A DNA stretch of 57,307 nucleotides, counting the filler, from Actinomycetales bacterium (lineage in GTDB: Bacteria > Actinomycetota > Actinomycetes > Actinomycetales > CAVURS01), in assembly GCA_045807245.1 (NCBI GenBank). It is 2 parts of 2 records of this genome, joined end to end, with 100 filler letters (N's around TTAATTAATTAA, not from the genome) between each part and the next. Parts side by side here need not be neighbours in the genome. Positions count along the whole stretch, not along the records: positions 29,663 to 57,307 come from JBJMHS010000048.1; 1 more part is not named here. The stretch is one strand, 5' to 3'. This document shows, piece by piece, positions 48,585 through 57,307 of the stretch. A program made the position numbers and the translations under genes. Numbering within the stretch: the stretch's first letter is position 1; each line of letters opens with the position of its first letter. The notes beneath the pieces are model-generated. The model was not told the DNA's origin, ran no database searches, and saw only the letters and a list, made by a program, of their open reading frames with translations.

Positions 48585-50009
48585 TCAGCCGCCGTAGACC
48601 GTGCGGCCGTCCGCCAGCACGTCCTTGGCCAGGCGGCGGGTGAGGTGCAGGCCCTCCAGGACCAGCTCGACCGCAGCAGCCGCCTCACCAGGAGTCGGCG
48701 CGTCGCCCATGTCCAGCCGCTCCAGCACCTTGGCCAACCCCGCGACCGTGCCGATCTGCTCGAGCACCTCGGTGGCCGGCACCAGCTCGCCGGTCTCGAT
48801 CGACTGGCCCTCGGCAACCAGCGCCGTGAAGCCCGACAGGTCCAGGCCGGCGAGCCGCGCCCGGAACACCTCGGCCACCGCGGTCCGCAGCAGGTGCGCC
48901 AGCACCTCCTCCTCGCGGCCCTCGTCTCCGGACTCGAACTCGACCTTGCCGCGCAGCGTGCGCGCGACCCCTTCAAGGTCGCCGACGCGGGCAACGGCGT
49001 CGTCCTCCCCGGTCAGGGCGGCCCGCCGGAGCGCGGCCGCCGCCGCAGTCTCCGCCGCGGCGACTGCGAACCGGGCCGACACCCCCGACCGCTGGTCGAC
49101 CGACGCCGACTCGCGCACTGCCCGCGCGAACCGCGCCACGACCTCCACCAGATGCACCGGCAATGACGCGACGAGCTCCGCCTCCTGGGCCACGAGCTCG
49201 ACCTCGTCCGCGACCTCCAGCGGGTAGTGCGTGCGCACCTCAGCGCCGAACCGGTCCTTGAGCGGCGTGATGATCCGCCCGCGGTTCGTGTAGTCCTCCG
49301 GGTTGGCCGTCGCCACCAGCAGGACGTCGAGCGGCATGCGCAGCGCATACCCGCGGACCTGGATGTCCCTCTCCTCCAACACGTTCAGCAGTGACACCTG
49401 GATCCGCTCGGCGAGGTCGGGCAGCTCGTTGACCGCGAAGACACCTCGGTTCGAGCGCGGCACGAGCCCGTAGTGCACGGTCTCCGGGTCGCCGAGCGTG
49501 CGGCCCTGGGCCAGCCGGACAGGGTCCACGTCACCGATGAGGTCGCCCACGCTCGTGTCCGGCGTGGCCAGCTTCTCGCCGTACCGCTCCGATCGGTGTC
49601 GCCACGCTACGGCCACCGCGTCGCCGTCAGCGGCCACCAGCCGCCGACAGCGCGGGCAGACCGGGCCGAGCGGGTCGTCGTGGATCTCGCAGCCCTCGAT
49701 CTCGGGTGACCACTCGTCCAGCAACGCCGTCAAGGACCGGGCCAGCCGGGTCTTCCCCTGACCGCGCTCGCCGAGCAGGACCACGTCGTGCCCGGCCAGC
49801 AGCGCCCGTTCCAGCTCCGGCAGCACGGTCTCGTCGAAACCCACGATCCCCACGAACCGGCGCCCCCCCGCCCGCAGCGCCGCCACCAGGTTGTCGCGCA
49901 GCTCCTGCTTCACGGAGCGCGGGACGTAGCCGGACGCCCGCAGGGCGCAGATCGTCCCCGGCAGGCCGGCCGGGGCGGGGGGTGGCAGGAGCGTGCTCGT
50001 GGTCGTCAC
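48585..50009 (-). CDS. Magnesium-chelatase/sigma54-type AAA+ ATPase, partner of VWA protein
   Basis: GERGQGKT Walker A, FAVNELPDL Walker B variant, ANPEDYTNRGRIITPLKDRFG. Confidence 0.9.
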   Translation of the reverse strand: MTTTSTLLPPPAPAGLPGTICALRASGYVPRSVKQELRDNLVAALRAGGRRFVGIVGFDETVLPELERALLAGHDVVLLGERGQGKTRLARSLTALLDEWSPEIEGCEIHDDPLGPVCPRCRRLVAADGDAVAVAWRHRSERYGEKLATPDTSVGDLIGDVDPVRLAQGRTLGDPETVHYGLVPRSNRGVFAVNELPDLAERIQVSLLNVLEERDIQVRGYALRMPLDVLLVATANPEDYTNRGRIITPLKDRFGAEVRTHYPLEVADEVELVAQEAELVASLPVHLVEVVARFARAVRESASVDQRSGVSARFAVAAAETAAAAALRRAALTGEDDAVARVGDLEGVARTLRGKVEFESGDEGREEEVLAHLLRTAVAEVFRARLAGLDLSGFTALVAEGQSIETGELVPATEVLEQIGTVAGLAKVLERLDMGDAPTPGEAAAAVELVLEGLHLTRRLAKDVLADGRTVYGG

Positions 50010-50104
50010 TGCTTGACCGTACGTCGGGCTGTCAAGCGAGCCGGCCGAGGGTCCGAGCGCGAGCCGTTTGCCCGGAACGAACCAGCCGGAGGAACCTGGT
50101 CCGC

Positions 50105-51673
50105 ATGCGGACCACCGCCGGCGGCGCGAGCCTCCTGGCCGTCGAGGCCTACCTCGCCGGCCGGTACGACGAGTGTGTCCGGCTCTGGATGCGGGCCTTC
50201 CAGGAGCACGCGGCCGCAGCGGAGGTCGAGGACGCCGCGGTCTGTGCCCACTGGCTGGCCTTCGTCGCGGTCAACCGCGGTGACCTCGCCGTGGCCTCCA
50301 GCTGGGTGGATCGCGGGCTCGAGCTGCTCGGCGACCGGGACTGCCCCGAGCGGGGCTACCTGGTCGGCCTGCGTGGCATAGGTGCGATGTTCTCCGGCGA
50401 CACCGATCGCGCCGCGACCCTCATCGCCGAAGCCGGCCAGGCCGCCATCCGCTTCGACGACCTCGACCTCACCGTCCTCAGCCGCCTCGGCCAGGGCCAC
50501 CTGCTGATCCAGCAGGGCCGCACGGCCGAGGGGATCCAGCTGCTCGACAGCCTGCTCGCGCCGCTGATGACGGGTGGGCCGTCGGCCGCGGTCGCCGGGC
50601 TGGCCTACTGCGCCGTGATCGGTACCTGCTCCGACCGGCACGACATCGCACGGGCCCAGCAGTGGACGGCCGCGCTGACCGACTTCGTCGAGGCTCGGCC
50701 CGACCTGGTGCCCTACAGCGGAACCTGCCTGGTCCACCGGGCCGAGCTGCTGCAGCTGCACGGCGCGTGGCCGGAGGCCATGGAGGCGGCCGCGGCGGCG
50801 CGAGCGCGGTTCGACCTGTCGGACGACGACCGCCTGGCCGGGATGGCCGACTACGCCGCAGCCGAGGTCGACCGGCTGCGCGGCGACCTGGACCAGGCCG
50901 AGGACGGCTACCGCGAGGCCAGCCGGCGTGGCCGCGACCCGCAGCCCGGGCTCGCGCTGCTGCGGCTGGCTCAGGGCCGCCTCGACGACGCGGCGGCTGC
51001 GGTGCGCCGGCTGGTCGCCGACCCGGACGACGCGCGCGGGCGTCCGATGGTGCTTGCGGCGCACGTCGCCGTGATGCTCGAGGTCGGCGACGTCGACGCC
51101 GCCCGGGCGTCCTGTCAGGCGCTGGAGCAGGTCGCCGAGCAGAGCGACGTGCCGTTCGTGCGCGCCACCGCCCAGGTCTGCCACAGTGCGATGCTCTTGC
51201 GCGACGGCAAGCCGGGGCCGGCGCTGGCCGCGTCCAGACGGTCGCTGCGCGACTGGCTGGACCTGGATGCGCCCTACGAGGCCGCCCGCGCGCGCGAGCA
51301 GGCCGGGCTCGCCCTGCGCGCGCTGGGCGACGAAGACTCGGCGACGCTCGAGATCGAGGCGGCCCGCGCGACGTACCGCGCTCTGGGCGCTCGGACCGAC
51401 CTGGCTCGTCTCGGCGACGGGCCGGACGCTGCGGTGCCCGCCGCCGACGGCCTTGCGCGCATCCCCCTCAGCGCGCGCGAGGTCGAGGTGCTCCGCCTCG
51501 TCGCCACCGGTGCGACGAACCGGATGATCGCCACCAAGCTGGTGCTGAGTGAGAAGACGGTGGCCCGGCACCTCAGCAACGTCTTCACCAAGATCGACGT
51601 GCCGTCCCGCTCCGCCGCGACGGCCTACGCGTACGAGCACGGCCTGGTCCTGGCACCGGCCGCCGATGGGTAG
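50105..51673 (+). CDS. Large LuxR-family regulator (helical repeat region + C-terminal HTH)
   Basis: LSAREVEVLRLVATGATNRMIATKLVLSEKTVARHLSNVFTKIDV.SR.AA; PYSGTCLVHRAE, PQPGLALL. Confidence 0.9.
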   Translation: MRTTAGGASLLAVEAYLAGRYDECVRLWMRAFQEHAAAAEVEDAAVCAHWLAFVAVNRGDLAVASSWVDRGLELLGDRDCPERGYLVGLRGIGAMFSGDTDRAATLIAEAGQAAIRFDDLDLTVLSRLGQGHLLIQQGRTAEGIQLLDSLLAPLMTGGPSAAVAGLAYCAVIGTCSDRHDIARAQQWTAALTDFVEARPDLVPYSGTCLVHRAELLQLHGAWPEAMEAAAAARARFDLSDDDRLAGMADYAAAEVDRLRGDLDQAEDGYREASRRGRDPQPGLALLRLAQGRLDDAAAAVRRLVADPDDARGRPMVLAAHVAVMLEVGDVDAARASCQALEQVAEQSDVPFVRATAQVCHSAMLLRDGKPGPALAASRRSLRDWLDLDAPYEAARAREQAGLALRALGDEDSATLEIEAARATYRALGARTDLARLGDGPDAAVPAADGLARIPLSAREVEVLRLVATGATNRMIATKLVLSEKTVARHLSNVFTKIDVPSRSAATAYAYEHGLVLAPAADG

Positions 51674-51715
51674 AAGTACCCATCCGCCACAACGGGTTTG
51701 GGTGCATCGGCCGAT
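51665..51715. promoter_or_regulatory. Putative tandem LuxR operator sites upstream of flavin monooxygenase
   Basis: 20-bp palindrome GATGGGTA-GAAG-TACCCATC (51665-51684) and degenerate copy TTGGGTGCATCGGCCGAT (51698-51715). Confidence 0.6.
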
Positions 51716-51750
51716 GAGGGCGGATCGCCGGCAGACCTAGCGTCGCCGGC

Positions 51751-52938
51751 ATGGACACGAACCGAGCCCCGGGAGCCTTCCGCTCCACCCAGATCCGCAA
51801 GAACCACGACCTGGCGCCCGTCGACAACGTCGACACCCTCGTCATCGGCGCCGGCCAGGCCGGGCTGTCGACGGCGTACCACCTGACCCGCCGCAAGCAG
51901 TCCGTCCTCGTCCTCGAAGCCCTGCCGCGGGTCGGCGACGTGTGGCGCCGCCGGTACGACTCGCTGCGGCTGTACTCGCCGTCGCAGTACGACGGGCTGC
52001 CCGGCTGGGACATGCCGATGCCGAAGTGGTCTTTCCCGACCAAGGACGAGCTGGCCGACTACCTCGAGCAGTACGCCGAGCGGTTCGAGCTGCCAGTCCG
52101 GACGGGGGTCACCGTCCAGCGGGTCGAGCGGCACGAGGGCGTCTACGTCGTCCAGACCGACACCGGACCCATCGCCGCGGACAACATCGTGGTCGCGACG
52201 GGCACCTGGCAGGTGCCGAAGGTGCCCGAGTTCGCCGGCCGGCTCGACCCCGGTATCACGCAGCTGCACTCGTCCCAGTACCGGAACCTGGCCCAGCTCC
52301 AGCCGGGACCGGCATTGGTCGTGGGCGCCGCCCACTCGGGGGCTGACCTGGCGCTGGAGCTCTCGGCGGCTCACCCGACGACCATGGCCGGGCCGATCCG
52401 CGGCCAGCTGCCGTTCGACTTCGCCGGCGCCGCCGCGCACGCGGCCCTTCCGCTGCTGTGGTTCGCGGGGAACCGCATCCTCACGGTCAAGACGCCCATG
52501 GGGCGCAAGGCGCGCGAGCACGTGCTGCACGAAGGCGGTCCGCTGCTGCGAGTCAAGCGCCAGCACCTCGAGGCCGCGGGCGTCACGATCACCGAGCACA
52601 AGGTCACCGGCGTCGAGGGCGGCCGGCCGGTCCTGGCGGACGGGCAGCAGCTCGACGTGCGAAACGTGCTCTGGTGCACGGGTTTCCGCCACGAGATGAG
52701 CTGGATCGACCTGCCCTTGACCATCGACGGGTCGACCGGCCTGCCGGCCCACGACCGCGGGGTGACCGACCAGCCCGGGTTGTACTTCGTCGGGCTGCCG
52801 TTCCTCTCGCGATTCGCTTCGACGCTGGTCGGCGGTGTGGGAGCAGATGCCGACCGCATCGCCACGCACATCGTTCGCCAGCCGGCGCGGGTCAACCCGA
52901 TTGCGGCTGTGGACGAGCGGGCGCCCGCCGTGCCGTAG
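51751..52938 (+). CDS. Flavin-containing monooxygenase/CzcO-like oxidoreductase
   Basis: VIGAGQAGL, W.RRYDSL.L, ATG, F.G...LHSSQYRN, VVGAAHSG, WCTGF, GLYFVG. Confidence 0.9.
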   Translation: MDTNRAPGAFRSTQIRKNHDLAPVDNVDTLVIGAGQAGLSTAYHLTRRKQSVLVLEALPRVGDVWRRRYDSLRLYSPSQYDGLPGWDMPMPKWSFPTKDELADYLEQYAERFELPVRTGVTVQRVERHEGVYVVQTDTGPIAADNIVVATGTWQVPKVPEFAGRLDPGITQLHSSQYRNLAQLQPGPALVVGAAHSGADLALELSAAHPTTMAGPIRGQLPFDFAGAAAHAALPLLWFAGNRILTVKTPMGRKAREHVLHEGGPLLRVKRQHLEAAGVTITEHKVTGVEGGRPVLADGQQLDVRNVLWCTGFRHEMSWIDLPLTIDGSTGLPAHDRGVTDQPGLYFVGLPFLSRFASTLVGGVGADADRIATHIVRQPARVNPIAAVDERAPAVP

Positions 52939-52982
52939 TCCGGCACACTGTCGGGCGGCGTGGGGCCGAGCGAAGGAGCCCC

Positions 52983-53258
52983 ATGCTGCCCGACACCCCC
53001 ACCTTCGGCCCGCGCATGCGGTACGTCGGAATGCCCGCCGACGATCTGCTGGCGAGCTACCAGGCGCTGTCACGGTGCGCGGTCGAGCTGGCTCAGGTAG
53101 CGGTCCGGTTGGAACGAGCGGACGTACCAGCCGCGGTGAAGGGCGCGATCGCTCTGGCGATCGGCCGGGCCGTGGCCGAGCTGGCCCACGACGTGCGGGC
53201 GTTGTCCTGCGAGGTGGTCACGCAGTTGGACCAGCTCAACCGAACCGTCGGCCCATGA
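52983..53258 (+). CDS. Small helical hypothetical protein (91 aa)
   Basis: AAGGAG RBS before ATG 52983; ATGA overlap with the downstream hydrolase. Confidence 0.6.
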   Translation: MLPDTPTFGPRMRYVGMPADDLLASYQALSRCAVELAQVAVRLERADVPAAVKGAIALAIGRAVAELAHDVRALSCEVVTQLDQLNRTVGP

Positions 53259-54748
53259 GCCGGCTGGCCGTCGACCCCGACGGGTTGACGGCGCTCGCGA
53301 TGACGGCGCTCTCGCTGGCCCGGGACACCGAGACCTGTCAGGCCGAGTTCCGCTGTGGCGCAGCAGGTCTAGCCGCCGATCGGTTCGTCTTGATGAGCCT
53401 TGACACTCGGTTCGAGGCTGTCATCGCCCGGCTCTCCGGACTGGCCCGATCGCTCATCCTGGTGGCGGACGCCTTCGCCCGGACCGAGGCGACTCTGGCC
53501 GCCTCCATGGTCCTCCCTTACCGGCACCGTTTCGTGGCGACCCGGACCTTGGTGGCGGCCGAGGTCGTGCGGCTGGCCGTCGAGGTGGCCGGACTGAGTG
53601 GGTCGCAGCGCTCGCGGGCCCAGCGCCGGCTCGACCGGTACGACGAGCTGCTGACCGGACGGGTCCGCCTGGTCCGGCCCGACGGCACGGTCACGTCGCA
53701 ACCGCACCAGCTGCTGGTGTTCGACCCGCGCGGTGACGGGCGCATCGTCGAAGTCTTCGGCGACCTGACCCGAGCGACCCATGTCGCGGTCTACGTACCA
53801 GGCACGGGGACCAGCCTGGACCGGTACGACGGGAACGCCGAGCGCGCGTCATCGTTCGCCGCGGCCGCTCCCGATCTGGCCGTGGTGCTGTGGCAGAACG
53901 CCGACTTCCCGGACCAGCCGCAGGACGACCTCGTGCCGCCGGCCTCGTTGTGGGACAGGCCGATACGGGCCCTCGAGAGCCAGCTGCGCGGACATGTCTT
54001 CGCCGCTGCTTACCGCGACGCGGCCGACGTGGCCGGTGCCGCGCTGGCGCGCGACGTCGCAGCCCTGCGGGCGCTGGCGCCGGGCCCGACGTCTGACCTG
54101 ACGGTCCTCGGCCATAGCTACGGCGGGTCGATCGTCGGGTCGGCCGAGGTGCACGGGCTGCGAGCCGACCGGATCGTGCACATCGCGAGCGCTGGTGCGT
54201 ATGTGGACGACGTCGACGACTACGCCGCCGGCGAGTGCGGCACCCGGCGGTTCTCCATGACGGCGGCCGACGACCCGATCCAGCTGGCTCAGGGGGCCGG
54301 CTTCGGTTCGGTCGGCGAGGCCCGGCACTCCGTGCGGACCGTCGCGGGAGTCCTGCCCCTGCCGCTCAAGCCGTTCACCTTGGCCGTCACGGCCGGACTC
54401 CTCGCGACGTCGTCGGACCCGTTCCAGGTCGGGCACGGTCGCGACCCGGACCTCATCCCCGGGGTCACGCGGCTGGACACGGGCCTGCGAGCCGATGGCC
54501 GCACCCTGGTCAGCGGCCACTCGGGCATGTTCGAGCCCGGCTCGGGCGGGTGGCGCAACCTGCTCGCCGTCATGCGCGGCGACCCGGTCCAGGTGTTCGA
54601 ACCGGCTCGCTGGCACGCGGACCTCGTGCCGGTGGGAACGTCCCTGCCGCACTACGAGGTGACCCGCTCGCCGTACGACCGTGCCGGTTACGAGCCACCG
54701 ACGACGTCGTCGACCGGCCCGCTGTGCAGCCGCCCCCAGTCGTGGTGA
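53255..54748 (+). CDS. DUF1023 (Abhydrolase_8) alpha/beta hydrolase with WXG100/PE-like helical N-terminus
   Basis: FDPRGDGRIVEVFGDL..A.HVAVYVPG, GHSYGG nucleophile elbow, DPI, GHS; N-term LAVDPDGL...ADAFARTEA. Confidence 0.8.
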   Translation: MSRLAVDPDGLTALAMTALSLARDTETCQAEFRCGAAGLAADRFVLMSLDTRFEAVIARLSGLARSLILVADAFARTEATLAASMVLPYRHRFVATRTLVAAEVVRLAVEVAGLSGSQRSRAQRRLDRYDELLTGRVRLVRPDGTVTSQPHQLLVFDPRGDGRIVEVFGDLTRATHVAVYVPGTGTSLDRYDGNAERASSFAAAAPDLAVVLWQNADFPDQPQDDLVPPASLWDRPIRALESQLRGHVFAAAYRDAADVAGAALARDVAALRALAPGPTSDLTVLGHSYGGSIVGSAEVHGLRADRIVHIASAGAYVDDVDDYAAGECGTRRFSMTAADDPIQLAQGAGFGSVGEARHSVRTVAGVLPLPLKPFTLAVTAGLLATSSDPFQVGHGRDPDLIPGVTRLDTGLRADGRTLVSGHSGMFEPGSGGWRNLLAVMRGDPVQVFEPARWHADLVPVGTSLPHYEVTRSPYDRAGYEPPTTSSTGPLCSRPQSW

Positions 54749-54770
54749 GCACTCCCGAGGGGGGTGAACC

Positions 54771-54859
54771 CTGACAGTTCGTCGAGGCTGATCGGAGACA
54801 CGCCGTCCCGCGGGCGGTCCCGGGCAGCGTGTCCGCAGGGATGCTCGACGGATTGTCAG
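54771..54859. repeat. 89-bp nested palindromic dispersed repeat, copy 2
   Basis: Ends CTGACAGTTCGTCGA / TCGACGGATTGTCAG, inner arms GACACGC/GCGTGTC; supplies the TGA stop of the VOC gene. Confidence 0.8.
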
Positions 54860-55242
54860 TCGTCGGTCTCGAGGTACAGGCAGAACGGGTGGCCCGCCGG
54901 GTCGAGCAGCACCCGCACGTCGTCCTGCGGCTGGAACTCGGCCACGGTCGCGCCCAGCGCGACGGCCTCCTCCACCGCCGACCCGAGCTCGCCGACCTCG
55001 ATGTCCAGGTGCAGCTGCATCTGCTGGCGCCCGGATTCTGCCGGCCAGGTCGGGCGTTCGTGCAGCGGCTCGAGCTGGATCGCGACGTACGCGACCCCGT
55101 CGGGCGGCGCCACCGTCACCCAGGTCGGCTCCTCCTTGGCGATCTGCCAGTCGAGCAGTGCGGCGTAGAACCGGGCCAACGCCGGCGGGTCGGGTGCGTC
55201 CAGCACGACGCCCCAGTAGTGCTTGGTGGTTCGAGCCTTCAT
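54856..55242 (-). CDS. VOC/glyoxalase family protein
   Basis: VVLDAPDP.ALARFY..LL.W, QMQLHLD, A..LGA, VLLDPAGHPFCL. Confidence 0.9.
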   Translation of the reverse strand: MKARTTKHYWGVVLDAPDPPALARFYAALLDWQIAKEEPTWVTVAPPDGVAYVAIQLEPLHERPTWPAESGRQQMQLHLDIEVGELGSAVEEAVALGATVAEFQPQDDVRVLLDPAGHPFCLYLETDD

Positions 55243-55267
55243 GACCCCATGGTGGGAGACTCCCTCC

Positions 55268-56506
55268 ATGTCGACAACGGAGCCGACGGCGAACTCGCCC
55301 CTGCCGGTGTCGGTCGACGACGTCCTCGAGGCCCGCAAGCTGCTGGAGGGTGTGGTCCGGCACACGCCGCTGGAGTCGAGCCGGCCCCTGTCGGAGAAGA
55401 TCGGCGGCCCGGCGTATCTCAAGTGCGAGAACCTTCAGCGCGCGGGCTCGTTCAAGATCCGCGGCGCCTACACCCGGATGTCGCGGCTCTCACCGGAGCA
55501 GAAGGCCGGCGGCGTCGTGGCCGCCAGCGCCGGCAACCACGCGCAGGGCGTGGCGCTCGCGGCCCAGATGCTCGGCATCAGGACGAAGGTCTACATGCCC
55601 ATGGGGGCGCCCATCCCGAAGGTCATGGCGACCAGGGGGTACGGCGCGGAGGTCGAGCTGCTCGGCCAGACGATCGAGGACTGCCTAAGCGCTGCCAAGC
55701 GGTACGCCGCGGAGCAGGGTGCGGTGCTGATCCACCCGTTCGACCACGTCGACATCGTCGCCGGCCAGGGCACGGTCGGGCTGGAGATCCTCGAGCAGTG
55801 CCCGGACGTCAAGACCGTCGTCGTGGGAACCGGCGGTGGCGGACTCCTGTCCGGCATCGCGACCGTCATGCGAGCCAAGCGACCGGACGTACGCATCATC
55901 GGGGTCCAGGCGGAGAAGGCCGCGGCGTACCCGCCGTCTCTGGCCGCCGGCCGCCCGGTCGCGCTGGAGCGCATGTCGACCATGGCCGACGGCATCGCCG
56001 TCGGCTGCCCCGGTGAGGTGACGTTCGAGATCGTCTCGGCGCTGGTGCACGAGTTCGTCACGGTCAGCGAGGAGACCCTGTCGCGGGCGATGCTCCTGCT
56101 GCTCGAGCGGGCCAAGCTCGTCGTCGAGCCGGCCGGCGCGGCCAGCGTCGCGGCCATCATGGACAACCCCACGCTGGTCGAGCCGCCCGCGGTGGCGGTG
56201 CTCAGCGGGGGCAACATCGACCCGCTGCTGATGTTGCGCGTGCTGCGGCACGGCATGGCGGCCGCGGGCCGCTACCTCCAGTTCTGGGTCCGCGTGCCGG
56301 ACCGGCCGGGGTCGCTGTCCGCGCTGCTGGCGATGCTGGCCGAGGCCGATGCCAACGTCCTCGAGGTCGAGCACGTGCGGACGAACGCCACCCTCGGCCT
56401 GGACGAGGTCGAGATCGCCGTCCAGGTCGAGACCAAGGGTCACGAGCACTGCGACCAGGTCATCGCGGCCCTGCGTGAGCGCGGGTACCCACTGCAGGTG
56501 GGCTGA
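55268..56506 (+). CDS. ilvA: Threonine ammonia-lyase with C-terminal ACT domain
   Basis: KCENLQRAGSFKIRGA, ASAGNHAQG, GGGGL, EPAGA, SGGNID, PDRPGSL ACT; GGGAG RBS. Confidence 0.93.
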   Translation: MSTTEPTANSPLPVSVDDVLEARKLLEGVVRHTPLESSRPLSEKIGGPAYLKCENLQRAGSFKIRGAYTRMSRLSPEQKAGGVVAASAGNHAQGVALAAQMLGIRTKVYMPMGAPIPKVMATRGYGAEVELLGQTIEDCLSAAKRYAAEQGAVLIHPFDHVDIVAGQGTVGLEILEQCPDVKTVVVGTGGGGLLSGIATVMRAKRPDVRIIGVQAEKAAAYPPSLAAGRPVALERMSTMADGIAVGCPGEVTFEIVSALVHEFVTVSEETLSRAMLLLLERAKLVVEPAGAASVAAIMDNPTLVEPPAVAVLSGGNIDPLLMLRVLRHGMAAAGRYLQFWVRVPDRPGSLSALLAMLAEADANVLEVEHVRTNATLGLDEVEIAVQVETKGHEHCDQVIAALRERGYPLQVG

Positions 56507-56560
56507 GCCCGGGCAATAACCGGTCGGCTCTGTCACCGGGGTCTGCCAGGATCGATCATC

Positions 56561-57307
56561 ATGAGCGACGCAGTGGTGGCCCAGGGGCTGGTCAAGCGGT
56601 ACGGCGATGTGACTGCCCTGGACGGTCTGGACCTGAGAGTGCCTGAGGGCTCCATCCTCGGCGTGCTGGGGCCGAACGGCGCCGGCAAGACGACGGCCGT
56701 CCGCGTGCTGTCGACGCTGCTGGTCCCGGACGCCGGCTCCGCATCGGTGACCGGCATCGACGTGCTGAAGCACCCCGAGCAGGTCCGTGAGGTGATCGGC
56801 CTGTCCGGGCAGTACGCCGCGGTCGACGAGTACCTCACCGGCTTCGAGAACCTGGACATGGTCGGTCGGCTCTACCACCTCGGCCGGTCGAAGTCCCGGG
56901 CCCGTGCCCGTGAGCTGCTCGAGCAGTTCGACCTCGACGAGGCGGCCGACCGCCCGGTCAAGACCTACTCCGGCGGCATGCGGCGCCGGCTCGACCTGGC
57001 CGGCGCGCTGATCGCCCGGCCGCGCGTGCTCATCCTCGACGAGCCCACCACCGGCCTCGACCCGCGCAGCCGCAACGACATGTGGGGAGTGATCAGCGAC
57101 CTGGTCGCGGGCGGGACCAGCCTGCTGCTGACGACGCAGTACCTCGAGGAGGCGGACCGGCTGGCCCACCGCATCGTCGTCGTGGACCACGGCAAGGTCA
57201 TCGCCGAGGGCACGGCCGACGAGCTCAAGACCCAGCTCGGCGGTGAGCGGCTCGAGCTGGTCATCGCCGACGCCGATCGCCTGGACGAGGTACGCGCGTT
57301 GATGGAG
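56561..57307 (+). CDS. DrrA-type ABC transporter ATP-binding subunit (partial, runs off window)
   Basis: Manual translation: MSDAVVAQGLVKRYG..ALDGLDL, GPNGAGKTT, GQYAAVDE, YSGGMRRRLDLA, LDEPTTGLDP, LTTQYLEEAD. Confidence 0.92.
   Translation, partial: MSDAVVAQGLVKRYGDVTALDGLDLRVPEGSILGVLGPNGAGKTTAVRVLSTLLVPDAGSASVTGIDVLKHPEQVREVIGLSGQYAAVDEYLTGFENLDMVGRLYHLGRSKSRARARELLEQFDLDEAADRPVKTYSGGMRRRLDLAGALIARPRVLILDEPTTGLDPRSRNDMWGVISDLVAGGTSLLLTTQYLEEADRLAHRIVVVDHGKVIAEGTADELKTQLGGERLELVIADADRLDEVRALME

Noticed and set aside
46561..50009. AAA+/VWA pair as CoxD/CoxE maturation factors for the cox-like operon
   Set aside because: About 13 kb away, the ATPase is a longer chelatase-like type rather than CoxD/MoxR, and the large subunit lacks the Cu-binding Cys motif.

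Overview
High-GC actinobacterial chromosome (Actinomycetota; order not determinable from the sequence alone). It consists of two contigs joined by an artificial 100-nt linker at 29563-29662 (44 N + TTAATTAATTAA + 44 N), so adjacency across that point is unproven. The left contig is the conserved actinobacterial pepP / MgtE-N+DUF1003 / mrp / tatB-htrA-anti-sigma-sigE / O-methyltransferase / DUF3117 / paaX-like / tag / LOG / dapE-dapD region. It is interspersed with three ethylmalonyl-CoA-pathway-like genes and a K+-channel-like protein with a non-canonical filter. The right contig holds a form-II coxSLM-type molybdo-flavoenzyme operon, thiolase, SGNH hydrolase, cbs, msrA, a MocR/YczE pair, metB, an orphan GlmL-type ATPase, an AI-2E transporter, an AAA+/VWA pair, a LuxR-flavin monooxygenase module, a type-VII-secretion-like helical protein + DUF1023 hydrolase pair, a VOC protein, ilvA and a partial DrrA-type ABC ATPase. 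I saw no rRNA, tRNA, CRISPR array, transposase or integrase. The most unexpected features are non-coding. (i) Two gap-free copies of an 89-bp nested palindrome (24514-24602, 54771-54859) each lie directly 3' of a small stand-alone gene in the same relative orientation. (ii) A 458-bp block bounded by 85-bp inverted, internally palindromic repeats carries an unannotated 59-aa membrane/secreted peptide (39370-39827). Family assignments come from motif recognition by eye, not from database searches.
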